A stretch of 64,000 nucleotides of DNA from Clostridia bacterium (GTDB taxonomy: Bacteria; Bacillota; Clostridia; Christensenellales; UBA3700). Location: assembly GCA_029061605.1 (NCBI GenBank), contig JAIDRT010000050.1, positions 64,382-128,381 on the forward strand, read 5' to 3'. Under the pieces are notes generated by a model. It saw nothing but the letters and a program-made list of their open reading frames with translations. It did not search any database and was not told where the DNA came from. This document shows positions 19,304 to 29,349 of this stretch, one piece after another. Within the stretch, counting starts at the first letter, position 1, and each line of letters opens with the position of its first letter. The translations under genes were made by a program, and so were the position numbers.

Positions 19304-19660
19304 ATGTCAATAGAATCAAATTTGGACAAGAGTAAATCCAACGAAACATATATCAACGTAATATCTTCCATCACCGGTAGCGCCGCATCCCAAGTCGACG
19401 GAGTTGTATCCGTAACTTACGGTAATAACAAAAAACAAAAAATTGGTAAAAAGTCTTCTTCCAAAAATAAGGCTATCGACGTGGTAATTTATGACAACAG
19501 ACTGGCAAAAATCGAGATATCCGTCAATATTTATTATGGATACGTCATCCCGGTAGTCGTTTGCAAACTTCAGGAAAAAATCAAACAAGAGATAGAAAAG
19601 TCCACCTTTTATAAGGTAAGTAGCGTCAACGTCAACGTCGTTGGCATAGTAGCGGGGTAA
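19304..19660 (+). CDS. Asp23/Gls24 family alkaline-shock-like protein (YqhY-like)
   Basis: ATG at 19304 after AAGGAGG. 'VISSITGSAASQVDGVVSV...IEISVNIYYGYVIPVV...VNVNVVGI' is typical of the family. It lies upstream of nusB as in Bacillus. Confidence 0.85.
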   Translation: MSIESNLDKSKSNETYINVISSITGSAASQVDGVVSVTYGNNKKQKIGKKSSSKNKAIDVVIYDNRLAKIEISVNIYYGYVIPVVVCKLQEKIKQEIEKSTFYKVSSVNVNVVGIVAG

Positions 19661-19671
19661 TCAAGAGAGAA

Positions 19672-20079
19672 ATGAGCAGAAGAAATGCGCGTCTCAACGC
19701 TTATCAACTAATATTTGGATATTTGTTTTCCAAAGAAATCGACGAACAGTCTTTGGCTGCAATGCTTGAAGCAGAAGACATTCAAGAAGCAGACGGAGAA
19801 TATATCAGAAAAGTAGTATACGGCGTAAAAGAGCACTATGAAGAACTTATGATATTAATTGCTGACAACAGCAAAAATTTTAAAGTAGAGAGAATATATA
19901 AGCCTGATTTATCGGCGTTATTGCTCGCTTGTTATGAAATGAAATATATGGAGGATATCCCTCTTGCAGTGTCTATCAATGAAGTAATTGAAATTGTCAA
20001 GACTTTCTCTACGGAGAACAGTTCAAAATTTGTCAACGGCGTCCTCAAGGGCGTCTATAACTCATTAAAAGAGGTGTAA
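19672..20079 (+). CDS. nusB: Transcription antitermination factor NusB
   Basis: 135 aa. 'SRRNARLNAYQLIF...' plus 'EVIEIVKTFSTENSSKFVNGVL'. Confidence 0.92.
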   Translation: MSRRNARLNAYQLIFGYLFSKEIDEQSLAAMLEAEDIQEADGEYIRKVVYGVKEHYEELMILIADNSKNFKVERIYKPDLSALLLACYEMKYMEDIPLAVSINEVIEIVKTFSTENSSKFVNGVLKGVYNSLKEV

Positions 20080-20080
20080 T

Positions 20081-20929
20081 ATGCTTATATACGGTAAGGA
20101 AGTTGCAGCAAAGACTTTAGAAAAAATCACAGTTGAAACGCAAGAATTTTGTCAAAGATACGGCAGAAAGCCTACTTTGGCAGTAATAATCGTGGGCGAG
20201 GATCCTGCGTCTCAAACTTACGTACGCAACAAGATCAATGGGTGTAAGCAAGTTGGTTTTAATTCTTTGTCATATGAATATGCCGACGGAACGCCTCAAG
20301 ACGAAATAATCGCTCAGATCAAGAGTTTGGCTGAAGACCAAAGCGTAGATGGGATATTAGTTCAACTTCCGTTGCCTAAGGGTTACGACGAAGAGAAAAT
20401 ACTTGCAAATATACCTGACAGCAAAGATGTAGACGGATTTAATGCGTCGAATATTGGCTGTCTTTGCCTCAACAGACCGCGCACAGTATCTTGCACTCCT
20501 TTGGGAGTAATGCATATGCTGGATCACACCGGAGTTGATTTGACAGGAAAACACGCAGTGGTACTCGGAAGAAGCAATACTGTCGGAAAGCCTATGGCTA
20601 TGTTGTTGCTCAACGCCAACTGCACGGTCACAGTATGTCATAGCAAGACAAAGAATATGGCAGAACTTACAAAACAAGCGGATATTCTCGTTGTTGCGAT
20701 AGGCAAGCCCAAGTTCGTCACTGCCGATATGGTCAAGGACGGAGCAATAGTTATTGACGTGGGTATCAACAGAGTGGACGGCAAACTTTGCGGAGACGTG
20801 GATTTTGACAGCGTTGCGCCCAAGACTTCCTTTATTTCTCCGGTACCCGGCGGAGTAGGACCTATGACAATTTCTATGTTGCTTTTCAATACTCTTATGA
20901 GCGCAAAATCAAGAGAGAACGAGAGATAA
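20081..20929 (+). CDS. folD: Bifunctional methylenetetrahydrofolate dehydrogenase/cyclohydrolase FolD
   Basis: 'GEDPASQTYVRNK', 'GILVQLPLP', 'VVLGRSNTVGKPMAMLL' and 'PVPGGVGPMT'. Confidence 0.97.
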   Translation: MLIYGKEVAAKTLEKITVETQEFCQRYGRKPTLAVIIVGEDPASQTYVRNKINGCKQVGFNSLSYEYADGTPQDEIIAQIKSLAEDQSVDGILVQLPLPKGYDEEKILANIPDSKDVDGFNASNIGCLCLNRPRTVSCTPLGVMHMLDHTGVDLTGKHAVVLGRSNTVGKPMAMLLLNANCTVTVCHSKTKNMAELTKQADILVVAIGKPKFVTADMVKDGAIVIDVGINRVDGKLCGDVDFDSVAPKTSFISPVPGGVGPMTISMLLFNTLMSAKSRENER

Positions 20930-22107
20930 TGGAAGGCAATATACTCAACGTTACTACGCTGAATAGTTACATCAATTCGATATTTCGCGCAGAGGAAATG
21001 TTGCATAATATCAACGTTGCCGGCGAAATTTCGGGTTTTAAGGTGACAAAAGGACACGCGTACTTTACGTTGAAGGACGAAAATTGCCAAATTGCCTGCA
21101 ACTGTTTCAATTGTGCCAAGACCTATATACCTAAGGACGGTGAGAGCGTCATTCTCAAAGGGTCTGTAGACTACTATGCAAAAGGCGGTAGGCTCAACTT
21201 CAACGTCGATAGTATTACTTCGATAGGCAAAGGATTGCTGGCGTATAAGTTGGAACTTCTAAGAGCGCAACTTACAAAAGAAGGTCTTTTTGATCTATCG
21301 CATAAAAAGCCCATTCCTCCTTATCCAACTGATGTGTGCGTAATTACGTCTTTTAACGGAGCGGTGATTAAAGATATTAAGAAGACTGTAAGACGAAAAA
21401 ACGATATAATCAATATATATATAAAAGACGTCAAAGTGCAAGGCAATGACGCGCATAAAGAGATAATCAATGCGCTTGAGGTCGTAGACCAAATGAATTT
21501 TGACGTCATAATTATAGCAAGAGGCGGCGGCTCGGCGGAAGATCTTATGCCGTTCAACGAAGAACAACTAGTGCGAGCAATCTTTAGATGCAAGACGCCT
21601 ATAATATCAGCAGTTGGACACGAAAGCGACGTGACGCTTTGTGACCAAGTGGCAGATTACAGAGCGGCTACGCCTACGGCTGCAGCAGAAAAGATTGCTT
21701 ACGACACACAGGAACTTAAGGAATATATTTTATACTGTGGAAAGAGAATGAAGAGCGCTTTAGAGAGCGATGTTGCATTGAAAGGCAAGGACTTGAACGG
21801 CAAAGTTAGCCTTATAAAATCGCAAGTGACGTTGAATTTTTCGCAAAATGCGAATAAAATCAACTTATACGTGCAAAATCTAAAGAATCTAATGGATAAA
21901 AAAATAGCGCAGTCAGAGGGAAAATATACCGCGACATTAGCTCGACTTACGGCAGACAATCCGCTTGGAGTTTTGCAAAAAGGCTATTGGTACGTAAGCA
22001 AGAACGGACAGGCTGCGCTGTCGACAAAAGATTTGAAAGTGGGAGACGACGTGTCGCTCAAGACGCACGACGGTCAACTCAAAGCGGTAATTACGGAGGT
22101 AGAGTGA
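20929..22107 (+). CDS. xseA: Exodeoxyribonuclease VII large subunit
   Basis: N-terminal OB ('GEISGFKVTKGHAYFTLKD') and a catalytic core ('ARGGGSAEDLMPFNEE', 'ISAVGHESD'). Confidence 0.95.
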   Translation: MEGNILNVTTLNSYINSIFRAEEMLHNINVAGEISGFKVTKGHAYFTLKDENCQIACNCFNCAKTYIPKDGESVILKGSVDYYAKGGRLNFNVDSITSIGKGLLAYKLELLRAQLTKEGLFDLSHKKPIPPYPTDVCVITSFNGAVIKDIKKTVRRKNDIINIYIKDVKVQGNDAHKEIINALEVVDQMNFDVIIIARGGGSAEDLMPFNEEQLVRAIFRCKTPIISAVGHESDVTLCDQVADYRAATPTAAAEKIAYDTQELKEYILYCGKRMKSALESDVALKGKDLNGKVSLIKSQVTLNFSQNANKINLYVQNLKNLMDKKIAQSEGKYTATLARLTADNPLGVLQKGYWYVSKNGQAALSTKDLKVGDDVSLKTHDGQLKAVITEVE

Positions 22108-22319
22108 TGAAATTTGAAGAATCATTAAAAGAACTTGACGGTATCGTCGACAAATTGGAAAGCGGAAAACTGTCTTTGGACGAGAGCGTAGAATTATATT
22201 CAAAGGGAATGAATCTTTGCTTGGAATGCGCGGACAAACTCAACGAAGTCAAGGGCAAAATTGCTCTTTTGGAAGGAAGTCAACAGGGATTGGTTGCAAA
22301 GTTGGTAGAGGTAGAATAA
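22107..22319 (+). CDS. xseB: Exodeoxyribonuclease VII small subunit
   Basis: 70 aa. 'FEESLKELDGIVDKLESGKLSLDESVELYSKG'. TGATG overlap with xseA. Confidence 0.93.
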   Translation: MKFEESLKELDGIVDKLESGKLSLDESVELYSKGMNLCLECADKLNEVKGKIALLEGSQQGLVAKLVEVE

Positions 22320-23194
22320 TGAGAGAATTGCTTGCCAAGTATAAAAATATATTTGAAAGGCAATTGCAAGAGATTGTCGCTGAATACCAATGCGATATTC
22401 AGCCGATATCTGACGCCTTGATCTATGCAGTGAGCAACGGAGGTAAAAGGATCCGTCCGGCGCTTTGTTATCTTGGCGCAGATTTTTGCGGGAAAGATGT
22501 CGATTGCATCAAAAACTTGGCTGTAGGAATTGAGATGATACACTCCTATTCTTTAGTTCACGACGACCTGCCTTGTATGGACAACGACGAATTGAGGCGC
22601 GGAAAACCTACTGCGCACAAAGTGTACGGAGAAGGTATGGCAATGCTTGCCGGCGACGCGCTTTTGAATATGGCTTTTGAAGTTATGCTTGGAGATCACA
22701 ACTTTGACAATAATATGCACAGCGCAATGAAGTATGTTGCCAAAATGTGCGGAATAAGAGGTATGATAGGCGGTCAGTGTCTCGATCTTGCAAATGAGAG
22801 TAAAGAGAACTTTGGACTCAAAGAATTGACTAGGCTCAACAGGTTGAAGACCTCTTGTCTGATCAGCGGCGCACTTGTCGGCTCGGCAATAAGGTGCGGA
22901 GCAGACGACAAGGAGATTCAAGCGCTTGAGTTATATGCTCAAAACTTGGGAGAGATATTCCAAATCGTGGACGATATATTGGACAGAACGTCAACAGAAC
23001 AGGTATTGGGAAAACAAGTCAAGCAAGACGTTGCCAACGGTAAAAAGAGCGTTGTGGACATACTTGGTATTGAAACTGCAAAAGAATATATCAAAAAGTT
23101 GGAGAACGAAGCCATAGAAAAGATCAGCGTATATGGAAATAGATCTCAAAAACTCGTTGAGTTGTGCAAGTTTTTGAGCAATAGGACCAACTGA
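22319..23194 (+). CDS. ispA: (2E,6E)-farnesyl diphosphate synthase / polyprenyl synthetase
   Basis: FARM 'LVHDDLPCMDNDELRRG' and SARM 'FQIVDDILD'. TAATG overlap with xseB. Confidence 0.92.
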   Translation: MRELLAKYKNIFERQLQEIVAEYQCDIQPISDALIYAVSNGGKRIRPALCYLGADFCGKDVDCIKNLAVGIEMIHSYSLVHDDLPCMDNDELRRGKPTAHKVYGEGMAMLAGDALLNMAFEVMLGDHNFDNNMHSAMKYVAKMCGIRGMIGGQCLDLANESKENFGLKELTRLNRLKTSCLISGALVGSAIRCGADDKEIQALELYAQNLGEIFQIVDDILDRTSTEQVLGKQVKQDVANGKKSVVDILGIETAKEYIKKLENEAIEKISVYGNRSQKLVELCKFLSNRTN

Positions 23195-23230
23195 TTGCAT
23201 ATATAATAAATTTAGCCCATATTTTATAAT

Positions 23231-23806
23231 ATGAGCAAAAAGAATAAGCCAAAGCAGAGGCGCGCAAAGTTAAACATTGCCGAAGCGTGGGTAATTAAAA
23301 TAACCTTGTTTACCTTTATTGGAGCAGTGATTTGCAGTTTTATTTCTCAAATCACCACTTCAAAAAGCGATATAATAATATCAATAATGCTGCTGTCTTT
23401 TATGATATTGATAAGTATCATATTCGACGGCATAGGATTGAGTGTGGCGTCGTGTAGCGAAGAGAAAATGCTCAAATACTCTCGCTACACAAAAGAATAC
23501 GACATTGCGTTGAGACTTATTCGCAACGCTGAAAAGGTCAACAACATTTGCGCCGACGTTATCGGCGATATGAGCGGAATATTGAGCGGAGCGTGCGGAG
23601 CGTCAATAGTCATAGAACTTAATTTGAGCGGACAAGGCAGTCACTGGGCGACGATAATTATCTCTAGTATTATTGCCGCAGTCACTGTGGGTGGAAAGGC
23701 TTCTCTCAAAAAGATTGCCGTCAAAAACAGCGCCGAATTCGTCTTTATGTCTGCAAGAATGATAGGAATATTCAGTTCAAAATTTACTGCTAAGAGGAAG
23801 AAGTAA
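23231..23806 (+). CDS. Hypothetical polytopic membrane protein (4-5 TM helices)
   Basis: 191 aa with a basic N-terminus and hydrophobic helices. Its stop overlaps the dxs ATG (TAATG). I recognise no family motif. Confidence 0.6.
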   Translation: MSKKNKPKQRRAKLNIAEAWVIKITLFTFIGAVICSFISQITTSKSDIIISIMLLSFMILISIIFDGIGLSVASCSEEKMLKYSRYTKEYDIALRLIRNAEKVNNICADVIGDMSGILSGACGASIVIELNLSGQGSHWATIIISSIIAAVTVGGKASLKKIAVKNSAEFVFMSARMIGIFSSKFTAKRKK

Positions 23807-25497
23807 TGCAAATTCTTGACAAAATTAAGTTGCCTGAAGACATTAAAAAACTTTCTTTGGAAGAGTTAGAACTTTTGGCTAACGATTTGAGAAATGTTAT
23901 TACCAAGTATACGCTTGCCAATGGCGGTCATTTGGCATCAAACTTGGGCGTCGTTGATTTGACTTGCGCCTTGAATTACGTATTTGACTTTCCAAAAGAC
24001 AAACTTATTTTTGACGTGGGACATCAGTGTTACGCTTATAAAATACTTACCGACAGACTTAAAGAATTTGACACGTTGAGACAAAAAGACGGTCTCAACG
24101 GTTTTCCCAAAAGAGAAGAGAGCCAATATGATACAGTCAACAGCGGGCACGCCTCGACGGCGCTGTCTATTGCTTGCGGTATGGCAAGAGGCGATATCGA
24201 CGGCAATATTATCTGTCTTATCGGCGACGGAGCAATGACAGGCGGATTGTTTTTTGAAGCGCTCAACGACGTGCTTACGCTCAATAAAAAAGTTATCTTT
24301 ATCATCAATGACAACAATATGTCTATATCCGGCAACGTAGGATTTATCAACGAGTACTTGAAGATAGTTCGCAAGTACGGCAATGAATTTACTTTTTTGG
24401 ATATAGAGATGCTCAACAATATTGACGGACATAATATATCCGACCTTATAGGCAAACTGAAGTATGCAAAGAATTCTCCAAAGACTTTGGTGCTGCACGT
24501 CGTAACCAAAAAAGGCAAAGGATTTGTAGATGCAGAACTTGATCCTTCAAAGTACCACAGCGTAGGCAAGGAAAATTTAAAGCCCACCTATTGTCAAGTT
24601 TTTGGAAAAGTTATGACAGATCTTGCCGACAAAAATAAAGATATTTTTGCAATAACTGCGGCAATGACTGACGGTACAGGCTTGAGTGACTTTGCTCAAA
24701 AGCATCCCCAAAGGTTGATTGACGTGGGTATTGCAGAAGGTCACGCGGTGACAATGTCGGCAGGACTTGCTTTGGCTGGTAAAAAGCCATATGTCGCAAT
24801 TTATTCTACTTTTCTTCAACGCGCTTATGACAACGTATTGCACGACGTATGTTTAAATAAGTTGCCTGTAGTATTCTGTATTGACAGAGCGGGATTTGTT
24901 GGCGGTGACGGCGAAACGCATCAAGGTCTTTATGACGTTGCGTATCTTGGCGCTACGCCTAATATGACTATTTTCGCGCCAAAAGATGGAGAGGAATTGA
25001 CAAATATTTTGACTTGGTCACAGAGTTTTGACGCTCCTTTGGCAATTCGCTATCCAAAGAGTGAAATATCGCGCAACTATACCGTACATACGCCCATTGA
25101 ATACGGCAAGTGGGAAAAGATAATATTTTCCGATAGTCCAATCGTCCTTATATCCAATGGCGAAACGCTGAATAGCGTATGCGAAAGCGCTGATATATTG
25201 AAAACTCAAGGAATAGACGTCGATGTGATCAATGCAAGATTTATCAGACCGTATGACGAAGAAGCGCTTGAATTGTTTAAAGGTAAAATAATATTCTTCT
25301 TTGAAGAATATATTATGCAGAATTCTCTTTATGCTCAAGCCCTTGACAAGTTCAACAAAGAGCAGGATAGTTCTACTCGAATTTACGGAATAAACATTCC
25401 CAACATAGCATACTCCGTTGCAACTCGCAATCAACTTCTCAAAGAAGTCGGACTTGATACGGAAAGTATCGTCAAATTTATAAAGAGCAAAATTTAA
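23806..25497 (+). CDS. dxs: 1-deoxy-D-xylulose-5-phosphate synthase (compact, 563 aa)
   Basis: 'GGHLASNLGVVDLT', 'DVGHQCYAYKILT', the TPP motif 'GDGAMTGG...NDN', and 'GIAEGHAVTMSAGLA'. Confidence 0.95.
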   Translation: MQILDKIKLPEDIKKLSLEELELLANDLRNVITKYTLANGGHLASNLGVVDLTCALNYVFDFPKDKLIFDVGHQCYAYKILTDRLKEFDTLRQKDGLNGFPKREESQYDTVNSGHASTALSIACGMARGDIDGNIICLIGDGAMTGGLFFEALNDVLTLNKKVIFIINDNNMSISGNVGFINEYLKIVRKYGNEFTFLDIEMLNNIDGHNISDLIGKLKYAKNSPKTLVLHVVTKKGKGFVDAELDPSKYHSVGKENLKPTYCQVFGKVMTDLADKNKDIFAITAAMTDGTGLSDFAQKHPQRLIDVGIAEGHAVTMSAGLALAGKKPYVAIYSTFLQRAYDNVLHDVCLNKLPVVFCIDRAGFVGGDGETHQGLYDVAYLGATPNMTIFAPKDGEELTNILTWSQSFDAPLAIRYPKSEISRNYTVHTPIEYGKWEKIIFSDSPIVLISNGETLNSVCESADILKTQGIDVDVINARFIRPYDEEALELFKGKIIFFFEEYIMQNSLYAQALDKFNKEQDSSTRIYGINIPNIAYSVATRNQLLKEVGLDTESIVKFIKSKI

Positions 25498-25505
25498 TTT
25501 TACCT

Positions 25506-26228
25506 ATGAGATTGGATATCTATCTTTCGACAACTCAAAATTTGACACGCACAAAGGCAAAACAAATGATAGAAAGTAGTTTTGTCAAGGTAGACGGCAA
25601 AATAGTCACAAAGGCAGGATATGAGTTAAAAGATAATTCTGTAGTTGAAATTTTGGACAATTTTAGATTTTCGTCACTTGGCGGAGACAAACTTCAAAAG
25701 GCTTTTGATGATTTCAAGTATAGCGTAAAAAACAAAGTGTGCGTTGATATCGGCGCGTCAAACGGTGGCTTTACTGACTGTATGCTTAAGAATGGAGCGG
25801 CAAAGGTATTTGCCGTAGACGTAGGAGAATGCGCTTTTGACGAAGAGTTAAAAAACGACGCCAGAGTTGTCATAAAGGACAGGCTCAACGCGCGATATAT
25901 CACGGCAGAAGATTTGGGCGAAACGTGCGACTTTGCAAGCATTGACGTAAGTTTTATTTCTCTAAAGTACGTCTTGCCTTCAATTTATTCATTACTAAGA
26001 GATTGCGGAGAGGTAATAGCGCTTATAAAGCCTCAATTTGAAGCAGGCGCAAAAGAATTGAGTAAGAAGGGATTGGTACTCAATTCAAAGACTCATCAAA
26101 GGGTATGCGAAGATATAAAAGCCTTTGCTCAATCAATTGGATTTGACTTTAAAGGTTTGACTACAGCCCCAATTAAAGAAGGAAAAAATAAAGAATTTTT
26201 GATATATTTATGCAAAAGCATTGAATAA
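25506..26228 (+). CDS. tlyA: TlyA-family rRNA (cytidine-2'-O)-methyltransferase
   Basis: An N-terminal S4 domain ('RLDIYL...V.VDGK') and an FtsJ-type SAM site ('CVDIGASNGGFTDC'). Confidence 0.9.
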   Translation: MRLDIYLSTTQNLTRTKAKQMIESSFVKVDGKIVTKAGYELKDNSVVEILDNFRFSSLGGDKLQKAFDDFKYSVKNKVCVDIGASNGGFTDCMLKNGAAKVFAVDVGECAFDEELKNDARVVIKDRLNARYITAEDLGETCDFASIDVSFISLKYVLPSIYSLLRDCGEVIALIKPQFEAGAKELSKKGLVLNSKTHQRVCEDIKAFAQSIGFDFKGLTTAPIKEGKNKEFLIYLCKSIE

Positions 26229-26255
26229 TTATACAATATCATTTATAATTAAAAT

Positions 26256-27086
26256 ATGAAAATCGGTATAAAGACAAACTTAAAAAGGGATATAAAAGCC
26301 TTGGCGAGCAAACTTTTTTGTCAAAAGTTGAGAGAAGTCGGCATTGAATATAAAGTGTGCGACAATGCAAAAGAGTATTTTGACGCCAAAGTTATTGCTT
26401 CCACAAAAGAGGTCTTTGAGTGGTGTGACGTAGTCGTAGCCTTTGGCGGAGACGGTACAATGCTTGATATTGTGCGCAATTTGCCAAGCGATTTGCCAAT
26501 ACTTGGTATAAATATGGGGAAAATCGGCTTCTTGACTGAGATTGACGAAAATCAGATGGGTTATGCAATTTCAGCATTGCAAAGCGGAGATTATGCAATA
26601 GAACGTCGCTCAATGCTCAACGCTACGTTGGGAGATCAACAGTTCTATGCGCTTAACGAGATTGTCGTGAGTTGTCAAGACCCTTGCCACGTATCCGTCT
26701 TTGACATATATATAGACGACATTTTGGCAGACACTTTGAGAAGTGACGGAGTGCTTGTATCCACACCGACGGGGTCGACTGCATATTCGCTGTCTTGTAA
26801 TGGACCGGTTTTAAGTCCCACTGTAAAGGCGCTGATCATAAATGGCATTTGTCCTCATTCATTGCACAGTTGTCCAATAGTCGTTGACGACAATATGAGT
26901 ATAAAGATATCCACCAAAAACCAATATATGCGCGTCATTGCAGACGGTACTATCGTCGCAAAATCGCAGGACGACGGAATGGATATTATTATTGAAAAAA
27001 GCGAGAAACAAGCGTCGTTTGTTAGACTGAAAAATCAAAATTTTTATGCTAAACTTCGCGCAAAACTCAACTATTGGGGTGATTAG
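26256..27086 (+). CDS. nadK: NAD kinase
   Basis: 'VVAFGGDGTML', 'GINMGKIGFL' and 'VSTPTGSTAYSLS'. Confidence 0.95.
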   Translation: MKIGIKTNLKRDIKALASKLFCQKLREVGIEYKVCDNAKEYFDAKVIASTKEVFEWCDVVVAFGGDGTMLDIVRNLPSDLPILGINMGKIGFLTEIDENQMGYAISALQSGDYAIERRSMLNATLGDQQFYALNEIVVSCQDPCHVSVFDIYIDDILADTLRSDGVLVSTPTGSTAYSLSCNGPVLSPTVKALIINGICPHSLHSCPIVVDDNMSIKISTKNQYMRVIADGTIVAKSQDDGMDIIIEKSEKQASFVRLKNQNFYAKLRAKLNYWGD

Positions 27087-27087
27087 G

Positions 27088-27537
27088 ATGTCAAATAAGA
27101 CTAGACAACAGGCAATTTTGGATATAATTGCGCAAAATGAACTTGACACTCAAGAAGAACTTGCCGCTATGTTGCAACAGCGCGGTTACAACGTCACGCA
27201 AGCAACTGTATCTAGAGATATAAAGCAACTTGGACTTGTCAAGATTGCCGGAAAATCTAAGAAATACCGCTATACCCAAGTAAGTTATAAAGAGCACGGA
27301 TTGCACGCAAAATACGACAATATCTTTAAAGAGAGCGTGTTGAGTATGCAAAATGCAGGCAATATTATCGTAATCAAGACTGTTTCCGGCGCTGCAAATT
27401 CTGCCGGAGCCTTTATTGATAGAATGAATTTGCCTCAACTTTTGGGCTCTATTGCAGGCGACGATACGATATTTTGCGTAACTAGAACTGAGCAGGACGC
27501 TGTCGACGTAATAAATATTATTAAGGACAGTTATTGA
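27088..27537 (+). CDS. argR: Arginine repressor ArgR/AhrC
   Basis: ATG at 27088. wHTH 'TQEELAAMLQQRGYNVTQATVSRDIKQL' and the C-terminal 'GSIAGDDTIF'. Confidence 0.93.
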   Translation: MSNKTRQQAILDIIAQNELDTQEELAAMLQQRGYNVTQATVSRDIKQLGLVKIAGKSKKYRYTQVSYKEHGLHAKYDNIFKESVLSMQNAGNIIVIKTVSGAANSAGAFIDRMNLPQLLGSIAGDDTIFCVTRTEQDAVDVINIIKDSY

Positions 27538-27538
27538 T

Positions 27539-29233
27539 ATGTTGACTAATCTGAACATAAAGAATATTGCTTTAATTACATCTCTTGACGTCAATTTTAA
27601 TCAAGGGCTTAATATTTTGTCGGGCGAAACTGGCGCGGGTAAGTCTATTATTATTGACAGTTTGAGTTTTGTCTTAGGTAAGAGAGCAGATAAAACGTTG
27701 ATCAGATATGGCGAAAATAGCGCAAGCGTAACGGCAGTTTTTGAAAATATCAATGAAAATACACAAAATTTACTCAAAGAGTATGACGTCGAGGCCGAAG
27801 AAGAACTGATATTAAAGCGAACTATGACGGTTGACGGTAAGAATACCTGTTCGATAAATGGACAGAGAGTGACGCTAGGGATGCTTAAAGACGTTGCCAA
27901 TACTCTTGTAGATATATATTCTCAACACGAGAATATTACCGCTCTCAACAGCCAATTTCATCTGAATATCATAGACAAATATGGCGAAGAGCGAATCAAT
28001 AGATACAAGGATATACAAAAATCACTGTATGCGGAATATAAAGACATTTGCAAAAAATTAGACAAGTACGGATCTTTAAATGAAGTAAATAAGAATATAG
28101 ATTTGCTCGAATATCAAATCAACGAGATTGCAGAAGCAAATTTGCAGGACGGCGAAGAAGAAGAACTTATTTCGCTTCGTCGCAAACTCAATAATTCTCA
28201 ACTCATTATTTCTACGTTAAATGAGTGTTACAATGCGCTCAATGGCGACGAAAACGATAATATTTTAAGTATTTTGAGTTATTTAATATCAAATCTTACA
28301 AAAATAAGAGAATATGACGAAAATATAGAAAATTTAGTTGAGCGTTTGGATAGTTGCAAAATTGAGTTGAAAGATATTGCCTATACTTTAGATAATATGG
28401 CTCAATCAAATGATTTTAGCCTTGAAGAATACGAAAGATGTGAACAAAGACTTTCTCTAATTCGCAGTCTCAAGCGAAAATACGGCGACTCAATAGAGGA
28501 AATACTGGAAAATCTTAAGCAGATGCAAGAAGAATATGACTTTTTGTCTGACGGAGAAGAAAAAGTTAAAGAATATCAGGAGCAAAAGAGCCAAATTATC
28601 AAAAAACTTTATCAAAATACGCGTGAGTTGTCCACTGAGAGAAACAAAGTCGGAAATATGCTTGCCGACAGGATTCAATCAGAGTTAAAAGAACTTGGAA
28701 TGAATTCTTGCAAATTTCAAACGTATTTTTCACCATTGCCGACTATAGACGAGTTCGTGCCTTCGCCAAACGGTAGCGATGAGGCTGTTTTCTTGTTTAG
28801 CGCAAATGCAGGACAACCTGTAAAAGAACTTTCTAAAGTCATATCGGGAGGCGAATTGTCGCGTTTTATGCTGGCAATGAAGAAGATTATTGCCAATCTT
28901 GACGGAATATCTACAATGGTATTTGATGAAATTGATACCGGTATAAGCGGAAAAATTGCGCAAATAGTTGCTCAAAAAATGTATGACATATCTAAGGATA
29001 AACAAGTGCTTGCCATTACGCACTTGCCTCAACTCGCGTCAATGGCAGACTCGCACTATTTGATACAAAAGACTTCTTCCAACGGTCAAACCGTAACAAA
29101 ACTCATTTATTTGAATGAGAGAGAACAACTTGAAGAACTTTCTAGGCTTATAGGCGGTCAAGATACTTCGGCATACGCTATTCCTCACGCAAAAGAAATG
29201 ATAGATTTTGCGCAAAATTATAAGAATAAATAG
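27539..29233 (+). CDS. recN: DNA repair protein RecN
   Basis: Walker A 'GETGAGKSIIIDS', a long coiled-coil region, the signature 'SGGELSRFMLA' and Walker B 'MVFDEIDTG'. Confidence 0.96.
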   Translation: MLTNLNIKNIALITSLDVNFNQGLNILSGETGAGKSIIIDSLSFVLGKRADKTLIRYGENSASVTAVFENINENTQNLLKEYDVEAEEELILKRTMTVDGKNTCSINGQRVTLGMLKDVANTLVDIYSQHENITALNSQFHLNIIDKYGEERINRYKDIQKSLYAEYKDICKKLDKYGSLNEVNKNIDLLEYQINEIAEANLQDGEEEELISLRRKLNNSQLIISTLNECYNALNGDENDNILSILSYLISNLTKIREYDENIENLVERLDSCKIELKDIAYTLDNMAQSNDFSLEEYERCEQRLSLIRSLKRKYGDSIEEILENLKQMQEEYDFLSDGEEKVKEYQEQKSQIIKKLYQNTRELSTERNKVGNMLADRIQSELKELGMNSCKFQTYFSPLPTIDEFVPSPNGSDEAVFLFSANAGQPVKELSKVISGGELSRFMLAMKKIIANLDGISTMVFDEIDTGISGKIAQIVAQKMYDISKDKQVLAITHLPQLASMADSHYLIQKTSSNGQTVTKLIYLNEREQLEELSRLIGGQDTSAYAIPHAKEMIDFAQNYKNK

Positions 29234-29252
29234 TATTTGCAGGAAAATTTAC

Positions 29253-29283
29253 AAAGACGTTAAACGCAAAACGTCTTTTTTTT
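29253..29283 (+). terminator. Rho-independent terminator after recN
   Basis: Stem aaagacgt/acgtcttt followed by a T-run. Confidence 0.75.
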
Positions 29284-29301
29284 ATAATTTTCAATAGTTA
29301 A

Positions 29302-29330
29302 GAATAATTTTAATTCAACTTCTCAAACTA
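29302..29330 (+). promoter_or_regulatory. Possible forespore sigma-F/G-type promoter of spoIVB
   Basis: GAATA, a 17-nt spacer, then CAAACTA fits the remembered GHATR-N17/18-CAHWHTA pattern. It lies 20 nt upstream of the spoIVB RBS. Confidence 0.3.
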
Positions 29331-29349
29331 ATTTCCGAGAGGTCAGAAG

